A DNA stretch of 64,000 nucleotides from Planctomycetota bacterium (lineage in GTDB: Bacteria > Planctomycetota > Brocadiia > JAADGH01). A model generated the notes under the pieces. That model had not been told where the DNA came from. It was given only the letters and a program-made list of their open reading frames with translations, and did no database searches. Shown here in pieces: positions 54,893 to 64,000 of the stretch. Each line of letters starts with the position of its first letter. The stretch's first letter is position 1. The position numbers were made by a program, and so were the translations under genes. The stretch covers positions 96,001 through 160,000 of the forward strand of contig JBFMAD010000007.1 of assembly GCA_040755855.1 (NCBI GenBank). The letters are read 5' to 3'.

Positions 54893-55885
54893 GTGGAACA
54901 GGAGCAAGCGAGGTTACGATCTACGGCAGTGATTCTCGCTGCCGCCGCTATCATGGTGGTCCTCGCCGTGGCTCTGATTTGCGTTCTTCTCTTGAAGGCC
55001 CAGGAGTCCTATCGTCACGCCGCCGCCTACAGCCGAATCTCCGGGGAGGCCGATGAGACCCTCCGCGAGATGACATCCGACCTCGCCGGGGCGGGCAATG
55101 TGACTATCTCGTCGGACGGCATGACCATGACCTTTCAGGTCCGCCTCGCGATGGACATGAGTCGGGTTCAGGAGTACATCGCCCACGGCAGCGCGCCTCC
55201 CGCGCCGACGGAGAAGGGATGGGAGCCCTTTGATGTGAACGGTGACAGCGCGATAAACGCGGACGATGTGGATACGAAAGACGGCAATGGGCATATTTTC
55301 TGGGGTGCGAAGGAAGCGGGGGGGGACGTGTGGGGCAATTTCATGTGCTACCAGTTCCAACCCATGGACAGCGATGCGAACAGCCGGCCGGATACGGATG
55401 CCTGTCTCGATGAGTCACGCCTTGGCATGGACATCAACGGCGACGGCAGCATGGACGGCGTGTTTCTGCCGGGGACATTGGCGCGCTTCTCCACCACGGA
55501 GGGAGACCCGACAAAGGCCCCGGAGCGGTTCATGACCTCGATCCAAACCGCTCTGATCGGGACCCCGACGTGGGTGATTGTGCGATGGGACAAAGGACGG
55601 AACCGGATCGCCCAGCCCGCCGGGCAGGACCTGAACGGCGACGGCGCGGCGGACGGCCCCATCTTCCGCGAGATGGTCTGGTGGCGCAGCAAACCGCTTA
55701 ACCATCCCCTGCGAAAACCACCGGACGGCGCACAGGGGTTGTGGGATGTCTGGCGCAATCATCCTCTCCCCGAATACCGCCACGGCTCCGTCTTGAAAGT
55801 GGACCTGTGGCTGCTGAGGATTACGATTGATCGGCGACACTTCCTGGCGCATGTGAGCAAGGACATCCGGCTGCGGAAGGACTGA
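54893..55885 (+). CDS. Membrane-anchored hypothetical protein, pseudopilin-like helix plus DxNGDG Ca-binding loops
   Basis: N-terminal TM followed by amphipathic helix (LREMTSDL); DVNGDSAINADD, DINGDG, DLNGDG. Confidence 0.6.
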   Translation: MEQEQARLRSTAVILAAAAIMVVLAVALICVLLLKAQESYRHAAAYSRISGEADETLREMTSDLAGAGNVTISSDGMTMTFQVRLAMDMSRVQEYIAHGSAPPAPTEKGWEPFDVNGDSAINADDVDTKDGNGHIFWGAKEAGGDVWGNFMCYQFQPMDSDANSRPDTDACLDESRLGMDINGDGSMDGVFLPGTLARFSTTEGDPTKAPERFMTSIQTALIGTPTWVIVRWDKGRNRIAQPAGQDLNGDGAADGPIFREMVWWRSKPLNHPLRKPPDGAQGLWDVWRNHPLPEYRHGSVLKVDLWLLRITIDRRHFLAHVSKDIRLRKD

Positions 55886-55928
55886 CAGCCCCCAGCGCCG
55901 TCGAGGATCGGACGCGAAAGACCCTACG

Positions 55929-57578
55929 ATGAAATACCTGTTCCTTATATGCGGCATGGCGCTGCTCTTTGCCGGAATGGCTGTCCATCTGACGGCCCCC
56001 GACGTTCAGAACGAGGTGCCGGTCATCTACTGGGTCATTGATCCCGCCCCGGCGCGCGGCGAGCAGATCGCCCTCTTTCATCGCTGGCTGATGAAAAACG
56101 GCCACGGCGAGGAGCACTCGCTGCGTACGATGGATGAATTGAACGCATTCCGTCGGCGCAACTGGTCGCCCGCCCTGATTGAGGCCATCGAGAAAGGCAA
56201 CGCCGACGGGCCGAAGGTTTGGTCGTCGGCCGCTTCGGGGAAGGACCTGCCGATCACCGTGCGCGTACCCGCCGTGGAGATGCGCCTCGACGCCGCGAGC
56301 AACGACCTGAACAAGAAGCTCGTCCAGGGAGTCTCCGGCGTCGCCGGGGATGTGATCGAGGCCTACAGCGGCGGGAAGCAGATGCAGTACCTCGCGGCGG
56401 CGGGCATGCTGGCCGATGTGACCGAGAGCGCGAAGCGCTGGGGCTTCGGACCGGACAAGACGTATAAGGCCCTGGCCCCCGCGCTCTTCGTGGATGATCG
56501 GCAGTACGCCTTCCCGCGCAATCCCGCGCAGGTGATGTACTGGGTGAACAAGGAGACCTTCCAGAAGTACGGCCAGCCGCTGCCGCCGTCGCGATGGACG
56601 ATCGAGGAATTTGAGCGCCGCGGCAGGGCGTTCGTCGAGGCGGCCAACCCGCCGGGCGAGCGGCGCATGGCCTTCTTCGCCGACCGGGCATGCAAGATGG
56701 AGCTCCGGCGCAGCATGGGGCTGTCCATATTCAACGAGACGCTCTCGCGCTGCACGCTCGACGATCCCCGCAATGCGCGGGTGATGGAACTCATCTACAA
56801 GTGGACCTACACCGATCACATCCTCCCCAGCGCCGCCGACAGGGCCAGCTTCGAAACCGAAGGCGGCTGGGGAGGCCCCTCCTTCCAGTTGTTCAAGAGT
56901 GGGAGGTATGCCCTCTTCGGCAGCGGGCGGTGGGCGCTGATGCTCTTCCGAAAATTCGGCGCCATGCAGTTAGCCGTGGTCGAGCCGCCGCACGCAGGGC
57001 TGCCGAACACTGTCCTGAGCGGGGGGCAGTCCACGGTCTTCCGCGCCTCGCGTCATCGCAAGTATGCGGAGCTGTTCCTCGCCTTCATGGCCGGCGAGGA
57101 CTACAACATGCAGATCGTCCGCGACGGCGACGGTCTGCCGCCGAACCCGAAGTTCACGGACAACGAGCTCTTCCGCCGCCCGCCGGATCATCCCAACGAG
57201 TGGGGCTGCCACGAGGTATGGGCGAACGCGGCGCGCGACATCGCCATCGTCCAGAGCTTTAGCCCCTTCGTCCTGCCCGTCACGGTGGAGCGGTACGACA
57301 ATATGGCCGAGGACGAGGTCATGAACGACCGTGCCACGGCGCAGGAGGCGGCGAATCGCTGCGCGGAGCGAATCAATGATGAAATCCAGCGTACGCTCAA
57401 AGAAAGCCCATTGCTTCGAGGAAGATATGAGGAACTTGTAGCGCTTCAGGAAAAGATAGATCAGTGCCGCCGCGACGGGAAGAAAGTACCGATGGACTGG
57501 ATCAAGAATCCCTTCTATCGGACGTACTACCTGAAGAAGGGTTGGGCTGAGACCGGCGCCGTGAGCGAGGACCATTGA
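55929..57578 (+). CDS. Carbohydrate ABC transporter substrate-binding protein
   Basis: QYAFP, YWVNKETF..G.P.P..WT.EEF, FKSGRYA; upstream of two permeases. Confidence 0.85.
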   Translation: MKYLFLICGMALLFAGMAVHLTAPDVQNEVPVIYWVIDPAPARGEQIALFHRWLMKNGHGEEHSLRTMDELNAFRRRNWSPALIEAIEKGNADGPKVWSSAASGKDLPITVRVPAVEMRLDAASNDLNKKLVQGVSGVAGDVIEAYSGGKQMQYLAAAGMLADVTESAKRWGFGPDKTYKALAPALFVDDRQYAFPRNPAQVMYWVNKETFQKYGQPLPPSRWTIEEFERRGRAFVEAANPPGERRMAFFADRACKMELRRSMGLSIFNETLSRCTLDDPRNARVMELIYKWTYTDHILPSAADRASFETEGGWGGPSFQLFKSGRYALFGSGRWALMLFRKFGAMQLAVVEPPHAGLPNTVLSGGQSTVFRASRHRKYAELFLAFMAGEDYNMQIVRDGDGLPPNPKFTDNELFRRPPDHPNEWGCHEVWANAARDIAIVQSFSPFVLPVTVERYDNMAEDEVMNDRATAQEAANRCAERINDEIQRTLKESPLLRGRYEELVALQEKIDQCRRDGKKVPMDWIKNPFYRTYYLKKGWAETGAVSEDH

Positions 57579-57580
57579 AC

Positions 57581-59062
57581 ATGGGATGGGCTCGTAAAGA
57601 AACGCGGAGTCTTGCGACCGGCCTGGCCTTCATCATGCCGAATATCCTCGGCTTCCTCGTCTTCACGCTCTTCCCGCTGGTGTTCAGCCTCGTCATGGCG
57701 TTCACGAATTGGGACATCCGCCTGCACAACATGTTCAAGGACGATCCGGTCCGCTTTGTTGGATTTGAAAACTTCGTCCGCCTCCTGACCGAACGGGACT
57801 TCTTCAAGTATCTGGGCAACACGCTTTTCTTCATGATTGGCATCCCCTTCGGCGTGGCGGGCAGCCTCGTCGCGGCGATCCTCCTCAGCCAGGACCTCCG
57901 CGGCGGCCACGGCCAGGTCTGGGCGCGGGTCATTGCCTGCGTTGGGCTGATCGTCGGCCTGGGCATTCTGGTCGTGATGGGGAGTGCGACGACGGCCATG
58001 ACCATCCTCCTCTGCGGCGTGGCGTCGCTTATCCTCGTCACGGGCGCGCTCGGCGGCCGAACGGTCTATCGCACGTTGTTCTACTTCCCACACTTCACCG
58101 CCGGCGTGGCGACGTTCCTACTCTGGAAGAAGCTCTACAACCCACTCACCGGCCCGATCAACAACGGCCTCCAGCCGGTCCTCTCGTGGGTGGGCGGCGC
58201 GGTGAACGCCGCGCCGACGGGTCTGGCGCAGGGCGGGACCTGGCTGTGTGCTGCGCTGATGGCGGTGTGCATCCTATTCGGCCTCAAACACTTACGCATC
58301 TCGTGGCGCGACGGCGAGATGGGCTGGGTCGGCGTCGTCCTCGGCGGGATCATGCTCTGCGCGCCCGCCGCCGTCATGCCGTGGTGGGCTTCGAACCCAA
58401 CCGCATCCTGGCCTGTAGCGGTCGTTGGCGCGTTTGCTACGCTCGCGGTGATTTACACTTTTGCGAAAATACGGGACTACGCGTGCCTCGCAGACGAGGG
58501 CCTCGGACGCGCCCTCATCCTCTGCGGCATCCTCATGGTTGCGCAGTTCGCGCTGCAGGGCCTGGGCAATGTGCTGCATCATCTGCCCGCGATGAGCCGG
58601 AAGGGACTCTCCCCGCCCGAGTGGCTCACGCAATACCACTGGGCCAAGCCATCACTGATGATCATGGGCCTCTGGGCGGCGGTCGGGTCGAACAACATGC
58701 TCCTCTACCTCGCGGGGCTCTCGAACATCCCTACGGAGCTTTACGAGGCAGCGGACATTGACGGGGCGTCGCGCCTGCAGCGGTTCTGGCATGTGACCTG
58801 GCCGCAGCTTGCGCCCGTCACGTTCTTCATCTTTGTCATGTCGGTCATTGGGGGGTTGCAGGGCGGGTTCGAGATGGCCCGAACCATGACGCAGGGCGGG
58901 CCGGCTGGCGCGACGACGACCCTGAGCTACTACGTCTATACCGAAGGCTTCGAGACCGGCCGCCTGGGCTATGCCTCCGCCGTGGCGTGGGCGCTCTTTG
59001 CGCTGGTTTTTGCAGTGACGGTGTTCAACTGGAAATTCGGCAACCGATATGTCAACGAGTAG
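57581..59062 (+). CDS. Carbohydrate ABC transporter permease with extra TM insertions
   Basis: FIMPNILGF, FVGFENF, YLAGLSNIP.ELYEAADIDGA (EAA motif), GYASA. Confidence 0.9.
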   Translation: MGWARKETRSLATGLAFIMPNILGFLVFTLFPLVFSLVMAFTNWDIRLHNMFKDDPVRFVGFENFVRLLTERDFFKYLGNTLFFMIGIPFGVAGSLVAAILLSQDLRGGHGQVWARVIACVGLIVGLGILVVMGSATTAMTILLCGVASLILVTGALGGRTVYRTLFYFPHFTAGVATFLLWKKLYNPLTGPINNGLQPVLSWVGGAVNAAPTGLAQGGTWLCAALMAVCILFGLKHLRISWRDGEMGWVGVVLGGIMLCAPAAVMPWWASNPTASWPVAVVGAFATLAVIYTFAKIRDYACLADEGLGRALILCGILMVAQFALQGLGNVLHHLPAMSRKGLSPPEWLTQYHWAKPSLMIMGLWAAVGSNNMLLYLAGLSNIPTELYEAADIDGASRLQRFWHVTWPQLAPVTFFIFVMSVIGGLQGGFEMARTMTQGGPAGATTTLSYYVYTEGFETGRLGYASAVAWALFALVFAVTVFNWKFGNRYVNE

Positions 59063-59918
59063 CACAACAGAGCGGCGGACATCCCGCGCGGCGATCTGGA
59101 AACGCGTCGGCAAGACCACGCTCCTCCATCTCGTCCTCGGCGCGCTGAGCCTGACCCTCGTCCTGCCCTTCGTATGGATGGTCCTCACCAGCCTCAAGAC
59201 GCTGGCCGAGTGCGGCCTCGAAAGCTGGCTGCCCGAGAAGTGCAAGTGGGGCAACTACCCCGACGTGTTCAGGGTCGAGAACATCCAGTTCGGCCGATGG
59301 TACATCAACAGCATCTTCGTCGCCGCGTGCGTCACGTTCCTCCAGGTCTTCACCAGTTCCCTTGCGGCGTTCAGCTTCTCGCGCCTCCAGTGGAAGGGGC
59401 GGGACAAGGTGTTTATCCTCTACCTCGGCACGATGATGCTGCCGGGGCTCATCATGATGATCCCCAACTATCAGATTATGATCAGGCTCGGCCTAGTGGA
59501 CAGCTACCTCGGCCTAATCATTCCTGCGGCCTTCAGCGCCTTCGGGACGTTTCTCCTGCGGCAGTTCATGCTGACGATTCCCACGTCCCTCGACGAGGCC
59601 GCCGAGATTGACGGCGCGAGCAAGTGGCAGTTGTTCTGGGATGTCATCCTTCCCCTCTCGCGGCCGGGATTGATCACGCTGACCATCTTCACCTTCATCG
59701 GCAACTACCACAGCTTCTTCTGGCCGCTGGTCATGCTCAAGAGCACGCACCGCTATACGCTGCCCATCGGCCTGCTCTTCTTCGACTCCAGCCAGGGCCA
59801 GCAGACGAATCTCCTCATGGCCGCCATCACCATGTCCGTCGTGCCGATGATCATCATCTTCATCGTGCTCCAGAAGCAACTGGTTAAGGGAATCCAGTTG
59901 GGTGCGGTCAAAGGATGA
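59049..59918 (+). CDS. Carbohydrate ABC transporter permease
   Basis: PFVWMVLTSLK, FLLRQF..IP.SLDEAAEIDGA, GAVKG. Confidence 0.93.
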   Translation: MSTSSTTERRTSRAAIWKRVGKTTLLHLVLGALSLTLVLPFVWMVLTSLKTLAECGLESWLPEKCKWGNYPDVFRVENIQFGRWYINSIFVAACVTFLQVFTSSLAAFSFSRLQWKGRDKVFILYLGTMMLPGLIMMIPNYQIMIRLGLVDSYLGLIIPAAFSAFGTFLLRQFMLTIPTSLDEAAEIDGASKWQLFWDVILPLSRPGLITLTIFTFIGNYHSFFWPLVMLKSTHRYTLPIGLLFFDSSQGQQTNLLMAAITMSVVPMIIIFIVLQKQLVKGIQLGAVKG

Positions 59919-59980
59919 GGTTATGGGTTACAGGTTATAGGGTTCCGGTCTCGCCAGCCCATAACCCATAACCTATAACC
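59919..59980. repeat. Inverted heptamer array (GGTTAYR x3 and complement x3) forming a hairpin
   Basis: GGTTATG GGTTACA GGTTATA ... CCCATAA CCCATAA CCTATAA CC directly after the permease stop codon. Confidence 0.75.
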
Positions 59981-60070
59981 ACCTCCTCTCTCTCCATCCT
60001 TGTTTCCTTCACTGAGGCAACGTGGTAGAATGTCCTCCATGTTGATGTTCTGCCGATGAGGAGTTGAACG

Positions 60071-60943
60071 ATGGTCACATGCCCCGGCATCCCCGTCGCC
60101 TACCCCGATCCCGATGTGCCCGTTGCGGCCAACCGCTCTCTGCCGGGAAGGCCGACCAAACGCCACCGGCACACCGACGCCGACTGGGAGATCGGCTATG
60201 TGGACAAGGGAGAAGCCGACTACCATGTGGCCGGGCGACCGTTCCGCCTTGCCGCCGGCGACGTCGTGATTATTCGCCCCGACGACTGCCACGAATGTCT
60301 CGCATGGAGCGGCGAACGCCGCACCGTTATGTTCCGCGAGACGCTTCTCGATGCCATGCCGATTCCCGTGCGTTGCAGCAGAAAGGCCATCTCGGTGGGG
60401 GGCGTGCAGTTCCCCGCCACGTTCTCGGTGGCGCGATCACAGCGGCCGGCGATGGTCTATGTCTTTGATCGCATTCATCAGGAGATCTTCGCCAAGGACG
60501 ACACGAAGCTCGCCATGTGCACGGCCCTCCTCGCGCAGTTGCTCCTGGAGCTGGCGCGCAGTGCGAAGGCGGCGGGCGAGCACGAGCCGGAGGCCGTCAG
60601 TCCGGTTGCTCGCAAAACCGTCGAGCGACTGTGCGATGAGGTCCGCGGGTCGCTGGACGAGCTGTGGACGCTCGATGAGCTGGTCCGACGGAGCGGTTAC
60701 AGCGCGACGCAACTGACCGTCCTCTTCAACCAGGTCACCGGCATGAGCCCGTGCCACTGGCTCTCGCAGGAGCGCGTGCAGCGGGCCTGCGAGCTCCTGA
60801 CGCAGACCGAGATGAACGCCGCGCAGGTCGCCTGTGAGGTCGGGTTCGGCAGCCGGTCGCAGTTCCATCGCGCCTTCCGGGAGTCTGTCGGGACGACCCC
60901 GATCCGCTATCAGTCCATTGTGCGGCACGAAGAAAAACCGTAA
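60071..60943 (+). CDS. AraC-family transcriptional regulator with cupin sensor domain
   Basis: HRH...WEI..V..G and P...H cupin; VGFGSRSQFHRAFRE.VG.TP HTH; GAGGAG RBS. Confidence 0.92.
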   Translation: MVTCPGIPVAYPDPDVPVAANRSLPGRPTKRHRHTDADWEIGYVDKGEADYHVAGRPFRLAAGDVVIIRPDDCHECLAWSGERRTVMFRETLLDAMPIPVRCSRKAISVGGVQFPATFSVARSQRPAMVYVFDRIHQEIFAKDDTKLAMCTALLAQLLLELARSAKAAGEHEPEAVSPVARKTVERLCDEVRGSLDELWTLDELVRRSGYSATQLTVLFNQVTGMSPCHWLSQERVQRACELLTQTEMNAAQVACEVGFGSRSQFHRAFRESVGTTPIRYQSIVRHEEKP

Positions 60944-61052
60944 GATATGCGACACGGAGCGTAGGGGCCGCGACACCTTCCGGCCCGGCATAGGGTATAA
61001 TTGCACCCAATGTCTGGGACTTCAAAACTCGAAGGTGTTTAAAGGAGCAATA

Positions 61053-62279
61053 ATGGATCGTCTGGCAATGGACGGCGGGAAGCCGGTGTGCGCGCAACGG
61101 ATCGCCCCGACGGGCGAGCGGTTCGGCGATGAGGAGATCGCCCTCGTCACCGAGGTCATCCGCTCGCAGAAACTCAACTGCAACGCGGGGACGAAGGCGA
61201 AGGAGTTCGCCCGCGCCTTCGCCGACTACATGGGCATGAAGCACGGCGTCATGATCAGCTCGGGCACGGCGGCGATCCACGTGGCGCTGGGCGCGCTCAA
61301 CCTGAACCCCGGCGACGAAGTCATCACCGCCCCGATCACGGACATGGGGACCGTCTATCCCATCCTGGCACAGAACGCAGTCCCGATCTTCGCCGACCTC
61401 GATCCCGATACGTTGTGCATGGACCCGGCGGACGTGAATAAGCGGATCACCAAGCGCACGAAGGTCATCATGCCCGTGCACCTCACCGGCAACGCGTGCG
61501 ACATGGATGGCATGATGGACGTGGCGAAGCGGCGCGGCCTGCGCCTCGTCGAGGACTGCTCCCAGGCCTTCAACACGAAGTTCAGGGGCAAGAAGGTCGG
61601 CACGATGGGCGACATCGGGACCTTCAGCTTCAACCAGTCCAAGCACATCACCTGCGGCGACGGCGGCGTGACGCTGACCAATGACGACGATCTCGGCGAG
61701 CGCGCGCAGCTCTTCTCCGACAAGGCGTGGCCGCGGTCGGGCGACCGGCGCGATCATCTCTTCCTCGCGCCGAATTACCGGATCACCGAGCTCCAGGCCG
61801 CGGTAGCCTTCGCGCAGCTCAAGAAACTCGACGGCATAACGAACACCCGCCGCGACCGGGGCGATCTGCTGACCTCCCTCATCAAAGGCGCGCCCGGCGT
61901 CTATCCGCCGAAGGTGCATCCTGGCGGGGAGTGCACCTACTGGTTCTACTGGTTCCGCGTTGATGCGGGCATGCGGGAAAAATTCGTAAAAGCGTTGAAC
62001 GCCGAGGGCGTGCCGTGCAGCACGGGCTACATTTCGAAGCCGGTGTATCTCTATGACGTTCTTCGTGAAAAGAAAACGTACGGCGACTCGCATTTTCCGT
62101 ACGGTTACGCGCCGTTCCGCGACCCGGAGAACGAGATCGAATATGTCGAGGGCCTCTGCCCCGTGGCCGAGCAGGTCCTGAAGGAAATGGTGCGGATCGG
62201 CCTGAATGAGTTCTGGACCGAACAGGACATTCGTAATACAGGACAGGCCATATGCAAGGTGGCTGAACATCTGTCCTGA
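61053..62279 (+). CDS. DegT/DnrJ/EryC1/StrS PLP aminotransferase
   Basis: SSGTAAIH, PGDEVI, PVHL.G, EDCSQA, FSFNQSKH..GDGG, NYRITELQAA; AAGGAG RBS. Confidence 0.93.
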   Translation: MDRLAMDGGKPVCAQRIAPTGERFGDEEIALVTEVIRSQKLNCNAGTKAKEFARAFADYMGMKHGVMISSGTAAIHVALGALNLNPGDEVITAPITDMGTVYPILAQNAVPIFADLDPDTLCMDPADVNKRITKRTKVIMPVHLTGNACDMDGMMDVAKRRGLRLVEDCSQAFNTKFRGKKVGTMGDIGTFSFNQSKHITCGDGGVTLTNDDDLGERAQLFSDKAWPRSGDRRDHLFLAPNYRITELQAAVAFAQLKKLDGITNTRRDRGDLLTSLIKGAPGVYPPKVHPGGECTYWFYWFRVDAGMREKFVKALNAEGVPCSTGYISKPVYLYDVLREKKTYGDSHFPYGYAPFRDPENEIEYVEGLCPVAEQVLKEMVRIGLNEFWTEQDIRNTGQAICKVAEHLS

Positions 62280-62314
62280 AACGCTGAATTGCTGAATACC
62301 AGGAGAAATCAGAC

Positions 62315-63592
62315 ATGGGAAAATTGGCTGTCACCGGCGGGCCGAAGGCCGTGAACCGGCAGATCGGATCGCCCTGGCCCGTCTATGACGACCGGGAGAA
62401 AGCGGCCCTCATCGAGGTGCTCGAAAGCCGCAAATGGGGCCGGAGCGGATACGACTACTACAACCGCGCGGGCAGCAAGCTCTGGGAGTTCGAGAAGGCT
62501 TTTGCCGAGTTCCACGACGGCAAGTATGCGCTGGCTGTCTCGACCGGCACAACGGCGCTGGAGACGTGCCTGCGGGCCATCGGCGTCGAGGCCGGGTGTG
62601 AGGTCATCGTGCCCGCCTGCACCTACATCGCGTCGGCGTCGGCCATCATGGTCTGCAACGGCGTCCCGGTCTTCGCCGACGTGGACCCGCGCAACTACAC
62701 CATCGACCCAAAGTCCGTCGAGGCGCTCATCACCCCGCGCACCAGGGCCGTGATGGCCGTGGACTTCGGCGGCATGCCGTGCGACGCCGACGCCCTCGGC
62801 GCGCTCTGCCGCAAGCACGGCATCGCCCTCATCAGCGACTGCGCCCATTCGCATGGCGGCCAGTGGCGCGGAAAGGGCGTCGGCTCGCACGCGGACATCG
62901 CCGGCTTCAGTTGCATGCCGGGCAAGGTGTTCGCCATCGGCGAGGGCGCAATCGTGATGACCAACAGTGAGGACCTCTACGAGAAGGCGTTCCGCTATCA
63001 TCACGCCGGGCGCGACCGCGGCGAGCAGAGCCGCCAGTTCACCTGGCCCGCCACGACGCTCCGCCTGAGCGAGTGGGAGGCGGCCATCGGCCTCGTCGCC
63101 CTCACCCGCCTGGCGGAGCAGGCCGAGACGCGCTGGCGCAACGTGCGCTACCTGGCCGACGGCATGGCCGAGATCCCCGGCCTGTCCGGTCTCGAGATTG
63201 ACGAGCGCGTGACGCGGTGGAACCCGTTCTGCTGGCACTTCAAGTTCATCAGCGAGGAATTCGACGGCATCTACCGCGACGTCTTTCGCAAGGCGATGAA
63301 TGCCGAGGGCGTGCCGGTCGGCCTCGGTCCCACGGAGCCGTTGTATCGCTATAAGATCTTCGCCGACGGCAAGTGGGGGGAGACCGGCTGCCCGATCCGA
63401 TGCCCGCTCTACAAGGGCAAGATGGACTATACCAAAGTGCACTGCCCGGAGGCCGAGCGCATCCACGACACGGAGGCGTGCCTCATCAACCACGCACGCC
63501 TGCTCGGCCCGCAGGAGGACATGGACCTCATCCTCGACGCCATGCGCAAGGTCCGCGAGAACGTGGATGAACTCAGGAACCTGAAGGCATGA
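62315..63592 (+). CDS. DegT/DnrJ/EryC1/StrS PLP aminotransferase (second, divergent paralogue)
   Basis: GTTALE, TYIAS, DCAHSHG, FSCMPGK..GEG, RLSEWEAA. Confidence 0.92.
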   Translation: MGKLAVTGGPKAVNRQIGSPWPVYDDREKAALIEVLESRKWGRSGYDYYNRAGSKLWEFEKAFAEFHDGKYALAVSTGTTALETCLRAIGVEAGCEVIVPACTYIASASAIMVCNGVPVFADVDPRNYTIDPKSVEALITPRTRAVMAVDFGGMPCDADALGALCRKHGIALISDCAHSHGGQWRGKGVGSHADIAGFSCMPGKVFAIGEGAIVMTNSEDLYEKAFRYHHAGRDRGEQSRQFTWPATTLRLSEWEAAIGLVALTRLAEQAETRWRNVRYLADGMAEIPGLSGLEIDERVTRWNPFCWHFKFISEEFDGIYRDVFRKAMNAEGVPVGLGPTEPLYRYKIFADGKWGETGCPIRCPLYKGKMDYTKVHCPEAERIHDTEACLINHARLLGPQEDMDLILDAMRKVRENVDELRNLKA

Positions 63593-64000
63593 GCGACGCG
63601 CTGCACTTCGGGACGTCTATGCGCGACATCACCCCGCCCGCCGGGTCGCTGATGGGGGCGTTCCCGGTCAGCCGCGATCCCATGCAGGCCCGCGTGGCGG
63701 AAGGCGCACACGATCCGATCATGGCCCGGGCCTTTGCCTTGCGCCAGAAGGATATGACCGTCGTTGTGGTGGTCGCCGATGTGGTCAGCTTCCAGTGGCC
63801 GGACGTGGACGTCATGCGCGCCGCCTTCGCGGGGCGAACGGGGCTGCCGCCCGAGAGCCTGATCGTCTGCGGCACGCACAACCACAACGGTCCCGAGTGC
63901 ACCTATCTCTTCGGCGGACGGCCCGACGATCCATACATTGGTCACATGCGTGGCCGTGTTGTCGATGCCGCGTGCGAAGCCATTGACGCGCTTGCACCCG
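63589..64000 (+). CDS. Neutral/alkaline ceramidase-like metallo-amidohydrolase, 3'-truncated
   Basis: ATGA coupling; my translation gives DITPP, HDPIMARA..L, VVADV, GTHNHNGP (THxHxGP motif); open to the window end. Confidence 0.75.
   Translation, partial: MSDALHFGTSMRDITPPAGSLMGAFPVSRDPMQARVAEGAHDPIMARAFALRQKDMTVVVVVADVVSFQWPDVDVMRAAFAGRTGLPPESLIVCGTHNHNGPECTYLFGGRPDDPYIGHMRGRVVDAACEAIDALAP

Overview
GC-rich, gene-dense bacterial chromosomal segment with about 44 CDSs. I found no rRNA, tRNA, CRISPR array or transposase. The giant protein with an LEPRxLL-type N-terminus, the GTAG-type REPs and the DUF6807 protein suggest the PVC superphylum, probably Planctomycetota (inference). Housekeeping genes: thiC, rluB, manA, recN, nadA, a stand-alone tRNA-binding protein, a glyoxylate-reductase-like dehydrogenase and an ECF sigma/anti-sigma pair. 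Most of the rest is carbohydrate-processing machinery: secreted sialidase-fold, PHP/DUF3604, lyase-like, clan GH-A and GH112-like proteins, Gfo/Idh/MocA and MDR dehydrogenases, a sugar ABC transporter, AraC, two DegT aminotransferases, a nitrilase-family enzyme, an Ntn acylase and a ceramidase-like enzyme. Best novelty candidates: (1) a secreted LamG-GH112 homologue that keeps the catalytic Asp but seems to have lost phosphate-binding Arg residues, so possibly a phosphorylase turned hydrolase; (2) a ~240-nt structured leader with an intrinsic terminator between a strong promoter and the 1.5-kaa surface-protein gene, a candidate unknown riboswitch or attenuator; (3) a complete NHLP-type RiPP export trio with no precursor or maturase in the window; (4) related octamer arrays at the 5' ends of both GT2 genes. 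All assignments come from motif recognition by eye; no database searches were run.
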